49,415 bases of DNA, from positions 1 through 49,415 of the forward strand of contig CASTAV010000003.1 in NCBI GenBank assembly GCA_949447165.1, in the 5' to 3' direction. This stretch comes from an uncultured Lachnospiraceae bacterium (GTDB lineage: Bacteria > Bacillota > Clostridia > Lachnospirales > Lachnospiraceae). The notes below the pieces were generated by a model that saw only the letters and a program-made list of their open reading frames with translations, had not been told where the DNA came from and did no database searches. Position numbers and translations under genes: made by a program. The first letter of the stretch is position 1, and each line of letters starts with the position of its first letter. Below are positions 9,694 through 20,743 of the stretch, one piece after another.

Positions 9694-11022
9694 CTATTTG
9701 ACTTGCTCCAAAAGATATTCTTTCGTATTCTTCTTTGGGTCGTCTATAACAAGTTCCAAAAGTTCCTTTAAGGTTTCCCCTAATGCCGGCCCTTCCGCCA
9801 TGCCCGCCTGAATTAAGTCGCTTCCGCTTACTGCAAGTTCTTTTAACGTTAAACAGTCTTTCGCTTCGATTATCTTTCTGTAATACATTTGAAAGCCGTC
9901 CAAATACTCTAGTTTTTCCTGTCTCTGATAATTGCTCTGCGCCAGAATGTCCGCCCGTTTTAACGCAAACAGCGCCGGAAACGCATCTGTCCCAATCCGC
10001 ATAATGACACGCCGGACGCTTCTTTCCGTTAAAGGCGGATTGTCGTCATGCGCCGACACAAGGCGGCAAATGCTTTGAATTGAACAGTTGTCAAATTTCA
10101 GACGGCGCAGTATCCGTTTCGCCATCTCCCCGCCTAACTCCGGATGGCCATGAAAATGGGAAACGCCTTCTTCGTCCACAGTTTCACAGAGCGGCTTCGC
10201 CACGTCATGCAGTAAAACAGCCAGCCTTAAGATCTTATCCTTTTCCACGAAACTTAAAGCGGCAATGGTATGCTCCCCCACCGTATAGAGATGATGCGGG
10301 TTCTTTTGTTCCGTCTGCATCATCGCGTCAAATTCCGGCAATATGACGCTTGTAATGCCTGACTCATACAATGCGCGTATTTTTTCCGGATAATCTGAAA
10401 CCAACAGCCCTACAAGCTCCGCCGCAATCCTTTCCACACTGATGCGCCGTAAGTCCCCCGCCATTTCACAAATTGCCGCATACGTTTCCCGCTCTATGGA
10501 AAATCCAAGCTGCGCCGCAAAGCGGACAGCCCGCATCAAGCGGAGCGCATCTTCTTTGAACCTTTGTTTTGCATCTCCTACGCACCGGATCAAGCCCCGC
10601 CGTAAATCTCCCACTCCGTCAAACGCATCCACAAGGCCGTCTTTCTGATTATATGCCATAGCGTTAATTGTAAAATCCCGCCGCTTTAAATCTTCCAAAA
10701 GGTTTGGCGTAAACGTCACTTCCTTTGGGTGGCGGGAGTCTTCGTATTTTCCGTCGATGCGGTAAGTCGTCACTTCAAATCCTTCCCGCTCTAACAAAAC
10801 GGTCACCGTCCCATGTGAAATCCCCGTATCGACCGTATGCGGAAAAAGGGATTTCACTTCTTTTGGCGTGGCAGACGTCGTAATATCCCAGTCTTTCGGC
10901 TCTTTGCCTAACAAACTGTCGCGTATGCATCCGCCGACCGCATAGCCTTCAAAACCCGCTGAATGGAGTGTGTCTAAAATATAGCTCACCTTATCCGGCA
11001 GTGTCAGTTCCATCGTATCCAC
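9694..11022 (-). CDS. cca: CCA tRNA nucleotidyltransferase with HD domain
   Basis: 442 aa carrying the polymerase-beta head motif GGCIRDSLLG...DWDITT and, downstream, an HD-domain H..HD motif. Confidence 0.8.
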   Translation of the reverse strand: MDTMELTLPDKVSYILDTLHSAGFEGYAVGGCIRDSLLGKEPKDWDITTSATPKEVKSLFPHTVDTGISHGTVTVLLEREGFEVTTYRIDGKYEDSRHPKEVTFTPNLLEDLKRRDFTINAMAYNQKDGLVDAFDGVGDLRRGLIRCVGDAKQRFKEDALRLMRAVRFAAQLGFSIERETYAAICEMAGDLRRISVERIAAELVGLLVSDYPEKIRALYESGITSVILPEFDAMMQTEQKNPHHLYTVGEHTIAALSFVEKDKILRLAVLLHDVAKPLCETVDEEGVSHFHGHPELGGEMAKRILRRLKFDNCSIQSICRLVSAHDDNPPLTERSVRRVIMRIGTDAFPALFALKRADILAQSNYQRQEKLEYLDGFQMYYRKIIEAKDCLTLKELAVSGSDLIQAGMAEGPALGETLKELLELVIDDPKKNTKEYLLEQVK

Positions 11023-11034
11023 TCCGTCCTGAAT

Positions 11035-12501
11035 TTAATATGCTTTTCCCCAATAGACTAATTTCTTCGCAGGCTTGCCACAGCAGACGCATACCTGTGA
11101 AATTTCTTCCTGATCATGAAACGGCATACAACGCGCCGTCGCCGCAAAGTCTTCTTTTATTTTATCTTCACAATCCTGATTCCCACACCACATTCCGCGG
11201 ATAAATCCCGCTTTCTGTTGAATCGTTTCCGTAAATTCTTCATAATTATGGGCATCGTAAATATGCGCATCCCTGTGTGATTTTGCGCGTTCAAACATAC
11301 TTTTTTGTATGGAAGCGAGCAATTCTTTTGCCGTTTCGCCAAGCTGATCAAATGGAACGGCCGTCTTTTCCCTTGTATCCCGACGCGTCAAAATGCACTG
11401 TCCCGCTTCCATGTCTTTTGGCCCAATCTCCACACGGAGCGGGATTCCACGCATCTCCTGTTCAGAAAACTTATAGCCCGGGCTTTTATCTGTTTCGTCT
11501 ATTTTTACACGGATTCCCGCTTTCGATAAAGTTTCTTTTAACTTACGGGCCATTTCCAATACGCCTTCTTTGCGTTGCTGGATCGGAATCACCATAACTT
11601 GAGTTGGCGCAATTTCAGGCGGAAGCGCAAGCCCAAAATCGTCCCCATGCACCATAATCACCGCCCCAATCAAACGGGTCGTAACGCCCCAAGACGTCTG
11701 ATGCGCGTATTGCAGGCGGTTGTCTTTGTCTGTGTACTGAATGCCAAACGCCTTTGCAAATCCGTCCCCGAAATTATGGCTTGTGCCGGACTGCAATGCC
11801 TTGCCGTCGTGCATCAGCGCCTCTATTGTATACGTCGCCTCTGCCCCGGCAAACTTTTCCTTTTCCGTCTTTTTGCCGCGTATCACCGGCATTGCCAAAA
11901 CTTCTTCACAAAAATCCGCATAGACGTTTAGCATCTGAACGGTCCGCTCCTCTGCTTCTTCAGCCGTCGCATGGGCCGTATGGCCTTCCTGCCATAAAAA
12001 CTCCCTCGACCGCAGGAACGGCCGCGTCTCTTTTTCCCAACGCACCACAGAGCACCACTGATTGTAATTTTTGGGCAAATCCCGATAGGACTGTATCACA
12101 TTTTTATAAAAATCGCAGAACAAAGTCTCTGACGTAGGACGGACGCAGAGACGCTCCTGAAGCGGGTTTAACCCCCCGTGGGTTACCCATGCCACTTCCG
12201 GCGCAAAGCCTTCTACATGTTCTTTTTCTTTATTTAACAGGCTTTCCGGTATAAACATCGGCAGATAGACATTCTCCACTCCCGTCTCTTTGAAACGCCT
12301 GTCCAATTCTTTCTGGATATTTTCCCAGATGGCGTATCCGTCCGGCTTTAAAATCATGCATCCTTTTATGGAAGAATAATCAATTAATTCTGCCTTTTTT
12401 ACAACATCGGTATACCATTGCGCAAAATCTTCCTCCATCGAGGTAATGGCTTCCACTAATTTCTTTTCTTTTGACATGGGTTTATTTCCTTTCTGTGTCA
12501 T
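11035..12501 (-). CDS. proS: proline--tRNA ligase (archaeal/eukaryotic-type ProRS)
   Basis: 488 aa class II aaRS with a C-terminal zinc-binding domain (CVCCGK) and a conserved core. Confidence 0.85.
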   Translation of the reverse strand: MTQKGNKPMSKEKKLVEAITSMEEDFAQWYTDVVKKAELIDYSSIKGCMILKPDGYAIWENIQKELDRRFKETGVENVYLPMFIPESLLNKEKEHVEGFAPEVAWVTHGGLNPLQERLCVRPTSETLFCDFYKNVIQSYRDLPKNYNQWCSVVRWEKETRPFLRSREFLWQEGHTAHATAEEAEERTVQMLNVYADFCEEVLAMPVIRGKKTEKEKFAGAEATYTIEALMHDGKALQSGTSHNFGDGFAKAFGIQYTDKDNRLQYAHQTSWGVTTRLIGAVIMVHGDDFGLALPPEIAPTQVMVIPIQQRKEGVLEMARKLKETLSKAGIRVKIDETDKSPGYKFSEQEMRGIPLRVEIGPKDMEAGQCILTRRDTREKTAVPFDQLGETAKELLASIQKSMFERAKSHRDAHIYDAHNYEEFTETIQQKAGFIRGMWCGNQDCEDKIKEDFAATARCMPFHDQEEISQVCVCCGKPAKKLVYWGKAY

Positions 12502-12541
12502 AGTTTAATGAAGTTATTATAGACTGCGCTATTTTGGTTCG

Positions 12542-13876
12542 TCAAGTTTTTTCCTCACTGTTTCTGATTTTCAGGTATGCGGCTGCGCAGACTGCCACAG
12601 ACAACAACGACCCCGCAGGCGCGGCAAGCCCCATCGGAAAAAGGCTGGCGGCAAAATACTCCGATGCAAAATAAGCTCCCGGAATGCGGATTAAGACAAT
12701 CGACAAGATATTATGCAGAAATGAAATGCCGGATTTCCCACACGCATAAAAATATCCGCTGAAACTAAAATGTATGCCCGCAAATACACAATCCCAGATA
12801 TAACTGCGCAAATACTGCCCGCCGGATAAAATCACGTCTGAATCTTCCGTAAAAATCCCAACCAACTGCCCATATGCAGACTGGACAAAAACAGACATGG
12901 CAATCCCGAAACCAACCGTGATAAAAATGGCATACCGAAGCGTCAGTCTTGCGCGCCCTTCCTTTTTTGCCCCTATGTTCTGCGCTGACAAAGCAGAAAC
13001 GGCAGAAAGCATAGTGGACGGAACCAAAAACACTACGCCTATGATTTTTTCCACAATTCCGACTGCCGCCGCATCTACAAGCCCCCTGCGGTTTGCTATA
13101 ATTGTAATGACAATAAATGCAACTTGTATAAAAGTGTCCTGCAAGGCTACGGGAACGCCTATCTTTAAGATCCGTTTTAAGGTTATAGGAGATGGCTTAA
13201 AATCTGCTTTTTGCAGTTTGATTCCGGCTGAATGCTTTAGAATCACAAAAAGGGCAAACACAACGCTAAGAGTCTGGGATATAACAGTGCCAAGCGCCGC
13301 TCCAGTTGCGCCAAGGGAAAAATAACGGATAAAAATATAATCCAATAAAATATTTGACACACACGCAGCCGCCACGAAATACATCGGGCTCTTTGAATCC
13401 CCAAGGCCGCGGAATATGGAACTGATGATATTATACGCCGTGATAAATGGAATCCCAAGGAAGCATATGGTAAGATACGACGCCGTTCCCAAAACCGCTT
13501 CTGTCGGAGTTGCCATAATGGCTGGGATCGGTTTTACCAAAAAAAGCAGCGCTGCCGTAAACCCAATAGAAAGCCCTAAAAACAACACGGCAGTGTTTCC
13601 AATGGCTAAAGAAGCTTCCTTTTCCTTCTTCGCCCCAACCGCTTTTGCGATTGTCACAGTCGCCCCCATCGCAAGTCCGACAATCATCACAGTCAGCATA
13701 TGCATCACCTGACTGCCGATAGAAACCGCTGTGATGTGGTTTACGCCGCTATACCTGCCTACCATATATAAATCTGCCATTCCATACAGGGTTTGAAGAA
13801 AATAGGAAAATAAATAGGGAATCGAGAATTGTAAAATTGTTTGAAACACACTGCCAGAGGTTTGATTTTTTTCCAT
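12542..13876 (-). CDS. MATE family efflux transporter
   Basis: Multi-TM protein. The likely start is the MEKNQTSGSVFQTILQFSIPY methionine, and the 23-aa N-terminal extension of the ORF is improbable. Confidence 0.75.
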   Translation of the reverse strand: MEKNQTSGSVFQTILQFSIPYLFSYFLQTLYGMADLYMVGRYSGVNHITAVSIGSQVMHMLTVMIVGLAMGATVTIAKAVGAKKEKEASLAIGNTAVLFLGLSIGFTAALLFLVKPIPAIMATPTEAVLGTASYLTICFLGIPFITAYNIISSIFRGLGDSKSPMYFVAAACVSNILLDYIFIRYFSLGATGAALGTVISQTLSVVFALFVILKHSAGIKLQKADFKPSPITLKRILKIGVPVALQDTFIQVAFIVITIIANRRGLVDAAAVGIVEKIIGVVFLVPSTMLSAVSALSAQNIGAKKEGRARLTLRYAIFITVGFGIAMSVFVQSAYGQLVGIFTEDSDVILSGGQYLRSYIWDCVFAGIHFSFSGYFYACGKSGISFLHNILSIVLIRIPGAYFASEYFAASLFPMGLAAPAGSLLSVAVCAAAYLKIRNSEEKT

Positions 13877-13985
13877 GTTTCCGGTTGCCTTCCTTTGCGC
13901 TTTTATGGATCTACTATAGCAGGGATTGAAAAATGTGTAAAGCAAACGTCACTTGCATTTTCAGAATAACGCTCCTAAAAAAGCG

Positions 13986-14026
13986 GCCTTGCCAGATTTC
14001 CATCTGCAAAACCGCCTCTTTGCTTT
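13986..14026 (-). terminator. Rho-independent terminator downstream of the YhgE/Pip-like gene
   Basis: The minus strand reads GCGGUUUUGC-loop(13)-GCAAGGCCGC followed by UUUUUUAGG, a 10-bp stem with two G.U pairs and a U6 tail. Confidence 0.5.
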
Positions 14027-14030
14027 CCCC

Positions 14031-16541
14031 TTATTCCGCTTTGATTTCGCCTGTTCGAATGATAAATTTCACGCTTCCCGCCGTATCTTTTGCTTTTCCG
14101 CCAAACGATTCATAGGAGCCGCCTAAATCCAAAACATTCTGAATCCGTTCCGTAAATTCTTTAACGTCGCCCTGATAAGCGTTTACCAGCTTTTCAATTC
14201 CTTCTTCGTCAAACTTCACTATTCCGTCTTTTAGTTCAACCGATCCATCTTTTAATTGACGGGTTCCGTCTGAGAACTGGCTTACGCCGTCTTTTAATTT
14301 TGAAACGCCATTATTTAATTCCGTATTTTTGGAAGCAAGCGTCTGGCTTCCATTGTATAGCTGGTCAATTCCCGACGTCAGTTTCGGCAATTTATCCGAC
14401 ATTCCGTTCACCGCTTCATCTAATGCCGACATTCCGGAAACCAGACTATATCCTGACTCTTTATCCTTTTTTTCAATGTTTCCGGCAATCTGCTTTTTCG
14501 CAGACTGCGCGCCTTCGACTGCCGCCATTGCCGCCGCCTGCCCTGCCGCCGTTTTTGCGCCTTGCTTTACGCTGTCCGCTACAGATGTCCCAACCGTTTC
14601 TTTTGCCTGTTCCGCTACGCTTACTACCACTTTAGGCGCGGTCTGTTCCGCTACGCTTCCCGCCGTCTGTTCCGCCACACTGCCTGCCACTTGCGCCGCC
14701 ACACTGCCTGCCACTTGTTCCGCTACGCTGCCTGCCGCCTGTTCCGCCACGCTTCCCGCCACGTTTGACGCTACGCTTCTGGCTGTCTGATCCGCCACTG
14801 CGCCTGCCGCTGTCTGAACTGTCCCGATAAATGCCGAAAGCTGTGTTTCCGCCGCCTGTGCAACAGCCGCCGCAATCGACGCGTCCGCCATTGCCTGTTC
14901 TACGGTAATCCCGTTCGCCTGCGCCGCCTGAACAAAGCCTGCCGCCTGAAACGCCGCCTTCAACTGCGCTTTCGTTTCCTCCGAAACCGCGCCTGCAACT
15001 GCGGCTGCTGCCTGATCCTTCGCCTGCGCCGCAATCTCGTCGAGCTTTCCATTTATCCCTGCCATTGCCTGATCCTTCGCCTGCGCCGCAATAACCGGCT
15101 TTTGTGTCTGTATTCCCGCCACTGCCTGATCCTTTGCCTGTTCCGCAATGACCGGCTTTTGCGACTGTATCCCCGCCACTGCCTGATCTTTCGCCTGCGC
15201 CGCCGCCGTCTGTTTTACAGAGTCGCTTGCAACGGATGCATAAAATGCCTGCGATGCCTGCGATTTGATATTATTGTAACTTTGCGGGTTCGCGTCATCT
15301 GCAAACTGCGTTTCCACTGCCTGCGCCGCCGCTGTTTTTGCCTGCGCCATGGCCGCCTCTTTTTCGCTGTTTCCCATTGGGGCGTTTAGGGCATTATCAA
15401 GCGTTTTCATGCCATTGTTTAACGTATGGATGCTCGCCGTCAAATCAGCTACGCCGCTGACTAACAGGCCTGTTTCTCCTTTCAATGCGCTGATTCCGTT
15501 CGCTAACTGTCCGGCGCCGTCCGTATATGCCGCAACCCCGTTTTTCAAGGAATCAACCCCTCCCGCAAATTCACCCATTTTCTCATCTAATTCGCCAATC
15601 CCGTCAGAAAGTTTCTCTGAACCGTCTCTTAACTGTCCCGTGGCAGACGTTAAATCTTCCATTTTTTCGTCCATTTCCGTCAAATCAAACGTATAATCTC
15701 CGGCAAATTCCGAAGGCTGCGCCACAACCGTCATTGTCATATCTAAAGAAAAATCCTTTACGTCAGCATTTACTTCCACATAATCCGGAATGGATATGTC
15801 TTTTTCTAAATCGCCATTCTTTAAGTTCAAGCTTTCCTTTAAGCCCGGCGCCGCCATGCCAACCACAATCATTGTATCCCCGTTTGATATGACTTTTCCA
15901 TTTTTTACTTCCACATTTGTAAAATTATCTTTTAAAAGCATACCCGACACAGCCGCAAACGGAACATAGTAATCTCCGTCTTTCTCATGGTTTGTATAGT
16001 CAAAACGTATTTTTACGTTTCCGCTTTTTCCCGCCAAATCTTTCGGGGAAATTTTTTTCCCGTCCAAATAATAGGATACATTGACGGTAACCGGAGCTTC
16101 TTTTGTCGTCACGCCCTGATAGTAAATATCGTTTCCATCTGCCTGCCATTCAAGGACGTTGCCTTTTTTCTCAAATGTCTCCCTGCCTTTTACGTTTTCT
16201 ATGTCTTTTAATTCCGAAACGTCCGAAAGCGCATCTAATTTTTCCGGATTTTTCAGCCATTCGCTGACAATCGCCGATTCTGCGTTTCCATTTGCATCAG
16301 CAAGGATATAGACGGTTTCTTCTTTCCCAATAGGCGTTTTTTCACTTTCCTCCTTTCGGGAAAGGAAATCTCCCAGTTCCATTTCCTTTGAAACGCTCTC
16401 TGTCTTAGCTTCCCCGCTTTTTGCGGCATAAACGCCGCATATGCCAGTGCCGCCTGTCAAAAGCGCCACCGTCAATACGCCTGCCGTCATGCGGATTACA
16501 TATTTGTGTTTGAACCGTTCTTTTAATTTTTTAAACTTCAT
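14031..16541 (-). CDS. YhgE/Pip-domain membrane-anchored protein with coiled-coil and tandem peptide repeats
   Basis: 836 aa with an N-terminal TM anchor and many L..G...L..G coiled segments (LKDGVSQFSDGTRQLKDGSVELKDG). Internal repeats include AQAKDQAVAGIQ.QKPVIA x3 and GSVAEQ.AGSVAEQ x6. It sits immediately downstream of an MMPL transporter, a common pairing. Confidence 0.5.
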   Translation of the reverse strand: MKFKKLKERFKHKYVIRMTAGVLTVALLTGGTGICGVYAAKSGEAKTESVSKEMELGDFLSRKEESEKTPIGKEETVYILADANGNAESAIVSEWLKNPEKLDALSDVSELKDIENVKGRETFEKKGNVLEWQADGNDIYYQGVTTKEAPVTVNVSYYLDGKKISPKDLAGKSGNVKIRFDYTNHEKDGDYYVPFAAVSGMLLKDNFTNVEVKNGKVISNGDTMIVVGMAAPGLKESLNLKNGDLEKDISIPDYVEVNADVKDFSLDMTMTVVAQPSEFAGDYTFDLTEMDEKMEDLTSATGQLRDGSEKLSDGIGELDEKMGEFAGGVDSLKNGVAAYTDGAGQLANGISALKGETGLLVSGVADLTASIHTLNNGMKTLDNALNAPMGNSEKEAAMAQAKTAAAQAVETQFADDANPQSYNNIKSQASQAFYASVASDSVKQTAAAQAKDQAVAGIQSQKPVIAEQAKDQAVAGIQTQKPVIAAQAKDQAMAGINGKLDEIAAQAKDQAAAAVAGAVSEETKAQLKAAFQAAGFVQAAQANGITVEQAMADASIAAAVAQAAETQLSAFIGTVQTAAGAVADQTARSVASNVAGSVAEQAAGSVAEQVAGSVAAQVAGSVAEQTAGSVAEQTAPKVVVSVAEQAKETVGTSVADSVKQGAKTAAGQAAAMAAVEGAQSAKKQIAGNIEKKDKESGYSLVSGMSALDEAVNGMSDKLPKLTSGIDQLYNGSQTLASKNTELNNGVSKLKDGVSQFSDGTRQLKDGSVELKDGIVKFDEEGIEKLVNAYQGDVKEFTERIQNVLDLGGSYESFGGKAKDTAGSVKFIIRTGEIKAE
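14570..15200. repeat. intragenic tandem DNA repeats (~21-bp and ~60-bp units) inside the YhgE/Pip-like CDS
   Basis: ctgttccgctacgcttcccgcc-type units at 14580-14790 and two ~60-bp units at 15060-15200. Confidence 0.5.
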
Positions 16542-16552
16542 AATAATTGCTC

Positions 16553-18640
16553 CTAATTTTTATTCTTTATTTTAGGCAAAAAGCCGATGCTTGTTTTCAC
16601 GATACATTTATCTAACATCAAAAACATTGCCGGAAGCAGAAACGCTACGACGAGCAGGCTTATCACCGCGCCCCTCGCCAAAAGCATACAAAGCGAACTA
16701 ATCATGTCTATGCTTGAATAAAGCGCCACGCCAAATGTGGCGGCAAAGAAACTTAACGCGCTGACGGCGACAGATTGTAAAGAGCTGTTTAACGCCGTAA
16801 TAACGGCTTCCCTTTTTCCCGCGCCGCGGCTGCGTTCCCGTTTATATTTATTCGTCATTAAAATCGCATAATCTACCGTTGCGCCAAGCTGAATTGTCCC
16901 GATTACAATCGAAGCGATAAACGGAAGAACCGTGTTCGTAAAATACGGGATTCCCATATTGATAAAAATTGCAAACTCAATCACCAGCACCAGTATCACC
17001 GGAAGGGACGCAGATTTTAGGACAATGGCTATAATCAGGAAAATCAGGACAATCGACGCCGCATTGACTATTTTAAAATCCCGATCAGTAATGGTAATTA
17101 AATCCTGCGTACATGGGGCTTCTCCAATTAACATAGCGGTTTCGTCATACTTTTTAATGACTTCCCGAATGGCATCGCACTGCGCGTTGACCTCGTCCGT
17201 CCCTGTTTTATATTCAGACAAAACATAAATCATCTGGTATGTCCCATTGTTTAATTTCTCTTTTATCCTGTCTGGGACAAATTCGGCGGGCGTTAAGGGC
17301 CCTGTCAGCGCATCTAACCCCAATGCAAGTTTCACGCCGTCCACTTCTTTTAACTCTTTTTCCATTTGAAACGCTTCGCTTTTCGGCAATTCACTGTCCG
17401 CTAAAATAACATGCGCCGCTCCCATGCCAAATTCATGTTCTAAAGCGTCCCCCGCTTCTACGCTTCCCAACTCTTTCGGCAGCGTCCCCACTAAATCATA
17501 GTACACTTCGTTGTGCCCCTGCGCATAATACATCGGCCCGATTCCCGCCAAAAACAGGACAATAAAAACCGGATAATGCTTTGCCACAAAACCGCCGATT
17601 CTCCCAAGGTCAGGCATCAGTGGCTTATGCTTTGTTTTTTCCAGCCATTTATCCATTGCAAGGATCATCGCCGGAAGAATTGTCACACAGCCTATCACCC
17701 CAAAGACTACTCCCTTTGCCATCACAATGCCTAAATCCATGCCAAGGGTAAATGTCATAAAGCACATAGCTAAAAATCCCGCAATCGTCGTAATGGAACT
17801 TCCGACAACAGAAGTGACCGTCTGGGAAATTGCATGCGCCATCGCGCGGTTTTTATCGTCCGGATAACGCTCTTGGTTTTCTTCATAACTGTGCCACAGG
17901 AAAATGGAATAATCCATCGTCACTGCAAGCTGTAAGACTGCCGCAAGCGCCTGCGTAATAAAGGAAATTTCTCCGGCAATCCGGTTCGTGCCAAGGTTAT
18001 AGACAATCGCCATTCCAATGCTGAGCAGGAAAATAGCGGGAATCAAATAAGAGTCCATCGTCAGCGCCAACGCCAGCGCCGACAATAACGCGGCAATCAC
18101 CACATACATAACCGCCTCACTGTTGCAGATTTTTTTTATGTCCGTGACAACTGCCGACATTCCACTTAACAGACACTTTTTGCCTGTTAATTCTCTAATT
18201 TCTTCAATCGCATCAAGCGTTTCGTCCGAAGACATTGACGTGTCGAATGTAAGAATTAAAAGGGAACTTTTTGTATCTGCGTTTTTTAACGTCTCCGCAA
18301 GTTCATCCGGAAGAATATCCATCGGCACAGATAAATCCGCTATACTTCCATACCAAATCACATCTTTGACATGGCCCACTTCTTTTAATTCGCCCTCGAG
18401 CGTTTGTATGTCTTTGTCCTCCAATCCCTTCACAACGCAGACGGAAAACGCGCCCGTGCCAAACTCCTCAAGCAAAATCTCCTGTCCCTCCATCGTTTCA
18501 ATGTCTTTCGGAAGATAAGAAAGTATATCATAATTGATTCTCGTGCTTAAATATCCAATCACGGCGGGAATCAGAAGCAGAAAACTTGCGGTTAAAATCA
18601 ATTTTCGCAGTTGAACCACTTTTTTTCCAAATTTTATCAT
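16553..18640 (-). CDS. MMPL family (RND superfamily) transporter
   Basis: 695 aa with two 6-TM bundles, each followed by a large extracytoplasmic loop. It resembles YdfJ-type MMPL proteins. Confidence 0.75.
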   Translation of the reverse strand: MIKFGKKVVQLRKLILTASFLLLIPAVIGYLSTRINYDILSYLPKDIETMEGQEILLEEFGTGAFSVCVVKGLEDKDIQTLEGELKEVGHVKDVIWYGSIADLSVPMDILPDELAETLKNADTKSSLLILTFDTSMSSDETLDAIEEIRELTGKKCLLSGMSAVVTDIKKICNSEAVMYVVIAALLSALALALTMDSYLIPAIFLLSIGMAIVYNLGTNRIAGEISFITQALAAVLQLAVTMDYSIFLWHSYEENQERYPDDKNRAMAHAISQTVTSVVGSSITTIAGFLAMCFMTFTLGMDLGIVMAKGVVFGVIGCVTILPAMILAMDKWLEKTKHKPLMPDLGRIGGFVAKHYPVFIVLFLAGIGPMYYAQGHNEVYYDLVGTLPKELGSVEAGDALEHEFGMGAAHVILADSELPKSEAFQMEKELKEVDGVKLALGLDALTGPLTPAEFVPDRIKEKLNNGTYQMIYVLSEYKTGTDEVNAQCDAIREVIKKYDETAMLIGEAPCTQDLITITDRDFKIVNAASIVLIFLIIAIVLKSASLPVILVLVIEFAIFINMGIPYFTNTVLPFIASIVIGTIQLGATVDYAILMTNKYKRERSRGAGKREAVITALNSSLQSVAVSALSFFAATFGVALYSSIDMISSLCMLLARGAVISLLVVAFLLPAMFLMLDKCIVKTSIGFLPKIKNKN

Positions 18641-18803
18641 CGTCCCTCTCCTCTCTATGTGTCAGATCTGTTTTATCGTTAGTATAAAAAAAAAGACTGA
18701 ACCTGAACAGATTCAATCTTTTCGTTTTGTTTTCCTTTTTATACAGATAAAGTGATTTGTCGTTTTTTTCAGAACACCGCATTTACATTGTATGGAGTTT
18801 AAA

Positions 18804-19364
18804 CTACCCTAATAATACTTCCTCAATGGAATGTTTCATTATGTAGTCATAAATTTCAGCCAGTTCCTTCGCCGAAACCGCAAGCCCGCTTTTAATCCAG
18901 ACAAGCGCCACAGAACAGATTGCCTGCGCATAATATTCCGCAATCCGCTCCGGCGTAAGCCACTGGAATTTCATGATTTTATCCTTCGGATTTTTCTCAA
19001 TAATTTCCAGCAAAATCCCCTTCACACAGCTTCTGGCAATGAGTTCGAATGAATTTTGCCCTTCTAACTTTGCCGCTTTTATATAGAACTTTTTCTCCTT
19101 TTCTATATTCATAAATAACAGCAAAAGCGCCTCGTCCATCATCTGGTTCTCAATTAATGGACGGATTGGCTCTAGCAGATCCGTCCATATAATCCACTCC
19201 AAAAGCTCATATTTATCCTGAAAATGATTGTAAAACGTCGGGCGTATTACGCCCGCTTTGTCCGTGATTTCTTTTACCGTGATTTTTTCAATCGGATTAT
19301 TTAACGCAAGTTCTTTCAAACTTTCCGCAAGCAGAGTATCCGTTTCATTTCTGAACGCCGCCAT
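18804..19364 (-). CDS. TetR/AcrR family transcriptional regulator
   Basis: 186 aa with an N-terminal HTH (ITVKEITDKAGVIRPTFYNHFQDKYELL). Confidence 0.75.
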   Translation of the reverse strand: MAAFRNETDTLLAESLKELALNNPIEKITVKEITDKAGVIRPTFYNHFQDKYELLEWIIWTDLLEPIRPLIENQMMDEALLLLFMNIEKEKKFYIKAAKLEGQNSFELIARSCVKGILLEIIEKNPKDKIMKFQWLTPERIAEYYAQAICSVALVWIKSGLAVSAKELAEIYDYIMKHSIEEVLLG

Positions 19365-19373
19365 AGATCCTCC

Positions 19374-20738
19374 CTACTTTCTCGCCGCTATCATAGACTC
19401 CAAATTTTTATTCACCTTCTTCAAATAAACGCATGTGACCGCCAAAGCCGCAAGCTCCGCGAGCGGGAACGAAAGCCAGACCGCCTCTAATATTCCCGTC
19501 AGGGAAAGCAGATATGCCGCCGGAAGCAAAATCACAAGCTGGCGTATAACCGACAATACCAGACTGTATACGCTTTTCCCCAATCCCTGAAACACCCCGC
19601 TCGCCACAATGGAAACGCCGGCAAAGAGATAGCATGCGCTTAAAATCCGAAGCGCCGGAACGCCGATTTCAATCATCTGGCCCGATGCATTAAAAAGCAT
19701 TAAAAGCTGTTTCGGCATTACTTCCGCCGTCAAAAACCCTGCAATCATCAACACAACCGCCGCTATCATGCTGCTTTTCATCACCTTCATAATCCTGTCT
19801 TTATATCCGGCTCCGTAATTATACGCCACAATCGGGATTAACCCGTTATTTAACCCAAACACAGGCATAAAGATAAAACTCTGCAATTTAAAGAATACGC
19901 CGAACACAGCCGCCGCCGTTGAAGTAAACCCAAGCAATATCTTGTTCATAAAAAATGTCATAACGGAACCAATCGACTGCATTAAAATCGCCGGAACCGC
20001 AACTTCATAAATCTGCAACAGCGTCTGTTTGTCCGGACGGATTTTTGAAAGCGTAAGATGGATTTCCGTATTTTTTTTCTGGTTGTAATAAAAACCAAAT
20101 ACCATCGCCACGATCTGCCCGAACACAGTCGCCGCCGCCGCGCCTGCAATTCCCATTTTCGGGAAGCCAAACAGCCCAAAAATCAATATCGGGTCAAAAA
20201 TCAGGTTAATCACTGCGCCCGTCGTCTGCGTAATCATCGTGCAGACCGTCCGCCCCGTCGCCTGTAAAAGACGTTCAAAACAAAACTGCCCATACAATCC
20301 AAAACTTGCCGCCGTACAAATCAAAAGATACGTCTTTCCATACGCTATAATTTCCGGTATATCTGTCTGTAGTTCAAAATACAGACCGGAAAAGCATACG
20401 CCGATCAGCAAAAACAGCAGATAATTTGCCCCCGCCAGTATAACGGAATTGCCTGCCGCTTTGTCCACTTCCTCAAACCGCTTTTCGCCCAGCCGTTTCG
20501 AAAGGAGCGCGTTTACCCCGACTCCCGTCCCCGCCGCGACCGCTATCATAAAATTTTGAAGTGGGAACGCCAGAGAAACTGCCGTCAGCGCATATTCATC
20601 AATCTGCGCGACAAATATACTGTCCACAATATTATACAATGCCTGAACCAGCATGGATATTACCATCGGCAGCGAAATATTAACTAACAGTTTATTAACC
20701 GGCATCGTCCCCATCTTGTTCTCTGTCTGCGCTTCCAT
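19374..20738 (-). CDS. MATE family efflux transporter
   Basis: 454-aa 12-TM protein with an N-terminus typical of MATE transporters (PVNKLLVNISLPMVISMLVQALYNIVDSIFV). Confidence 0.8.
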   Translation of the reverse strand: MEAQTENKMGTMPVNKLLVNISLPMVISMLVQALYNIVDSIFVAQIDEYALTAVSLAFPLQNFMIAVAAGTGVGVNALLSKRLGEKRFEEVDKAAGNSVILAGANYLLFLLIGVCFSGLYFELQTDIPEIIAYGKTYLLICTAASFGLYGQFCFERLLQATGRTVCTMITQTTGAVINLIFDPILIFGLFGFPKMGIAGAAAATVFGQIVAMVFGFYYNQKKNTEIHLTLSKIRPDKQTLLQIYEVAVPAILMQSIGSVMTFFMNKILLGFTSTAAAVFGVFFKLQSFIFMPVFGLNNGLIPIVAYNYGAGYKDRIMKVMKSSMIAAVVLMIAGFLTAEVMPKQLLMLFNASGQMIEIGVPALRILSACYLFAGVSIVASGVFQGLGKSVYSLVLSVIRQLVILLPAAYLLSLTGILEAVWLSFPLAELAALAVTCVYLKKVNKNLESMIAARK

Positions 20739-20743
20739 TTCTT

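Noticed and set aside
12502-12541. Looked for a T-box leader upstream of proS
   Set aside because: Only a 40-nt gap separates proS from the upstream MATE gene, which is too short for a T-box riboswitch. proS is probably co-transcribed.
14300-15892. Several plus-strand ORFs (111-153 aa) rich in A/T/L/P/C
   Set aside because: These are antisense frames of the GC-rich repeat region of the YhgE/Pip-like gene. They are repetitive, with no start context.
18528-18782. 84-aa minus-strand ORF in the TetR-MMPL intergenic region
   Set aside because: It overlaps the MMPL start and the promoter region. It is K/R-rich low complexity with no homology pattern, so it is most likely spurious.
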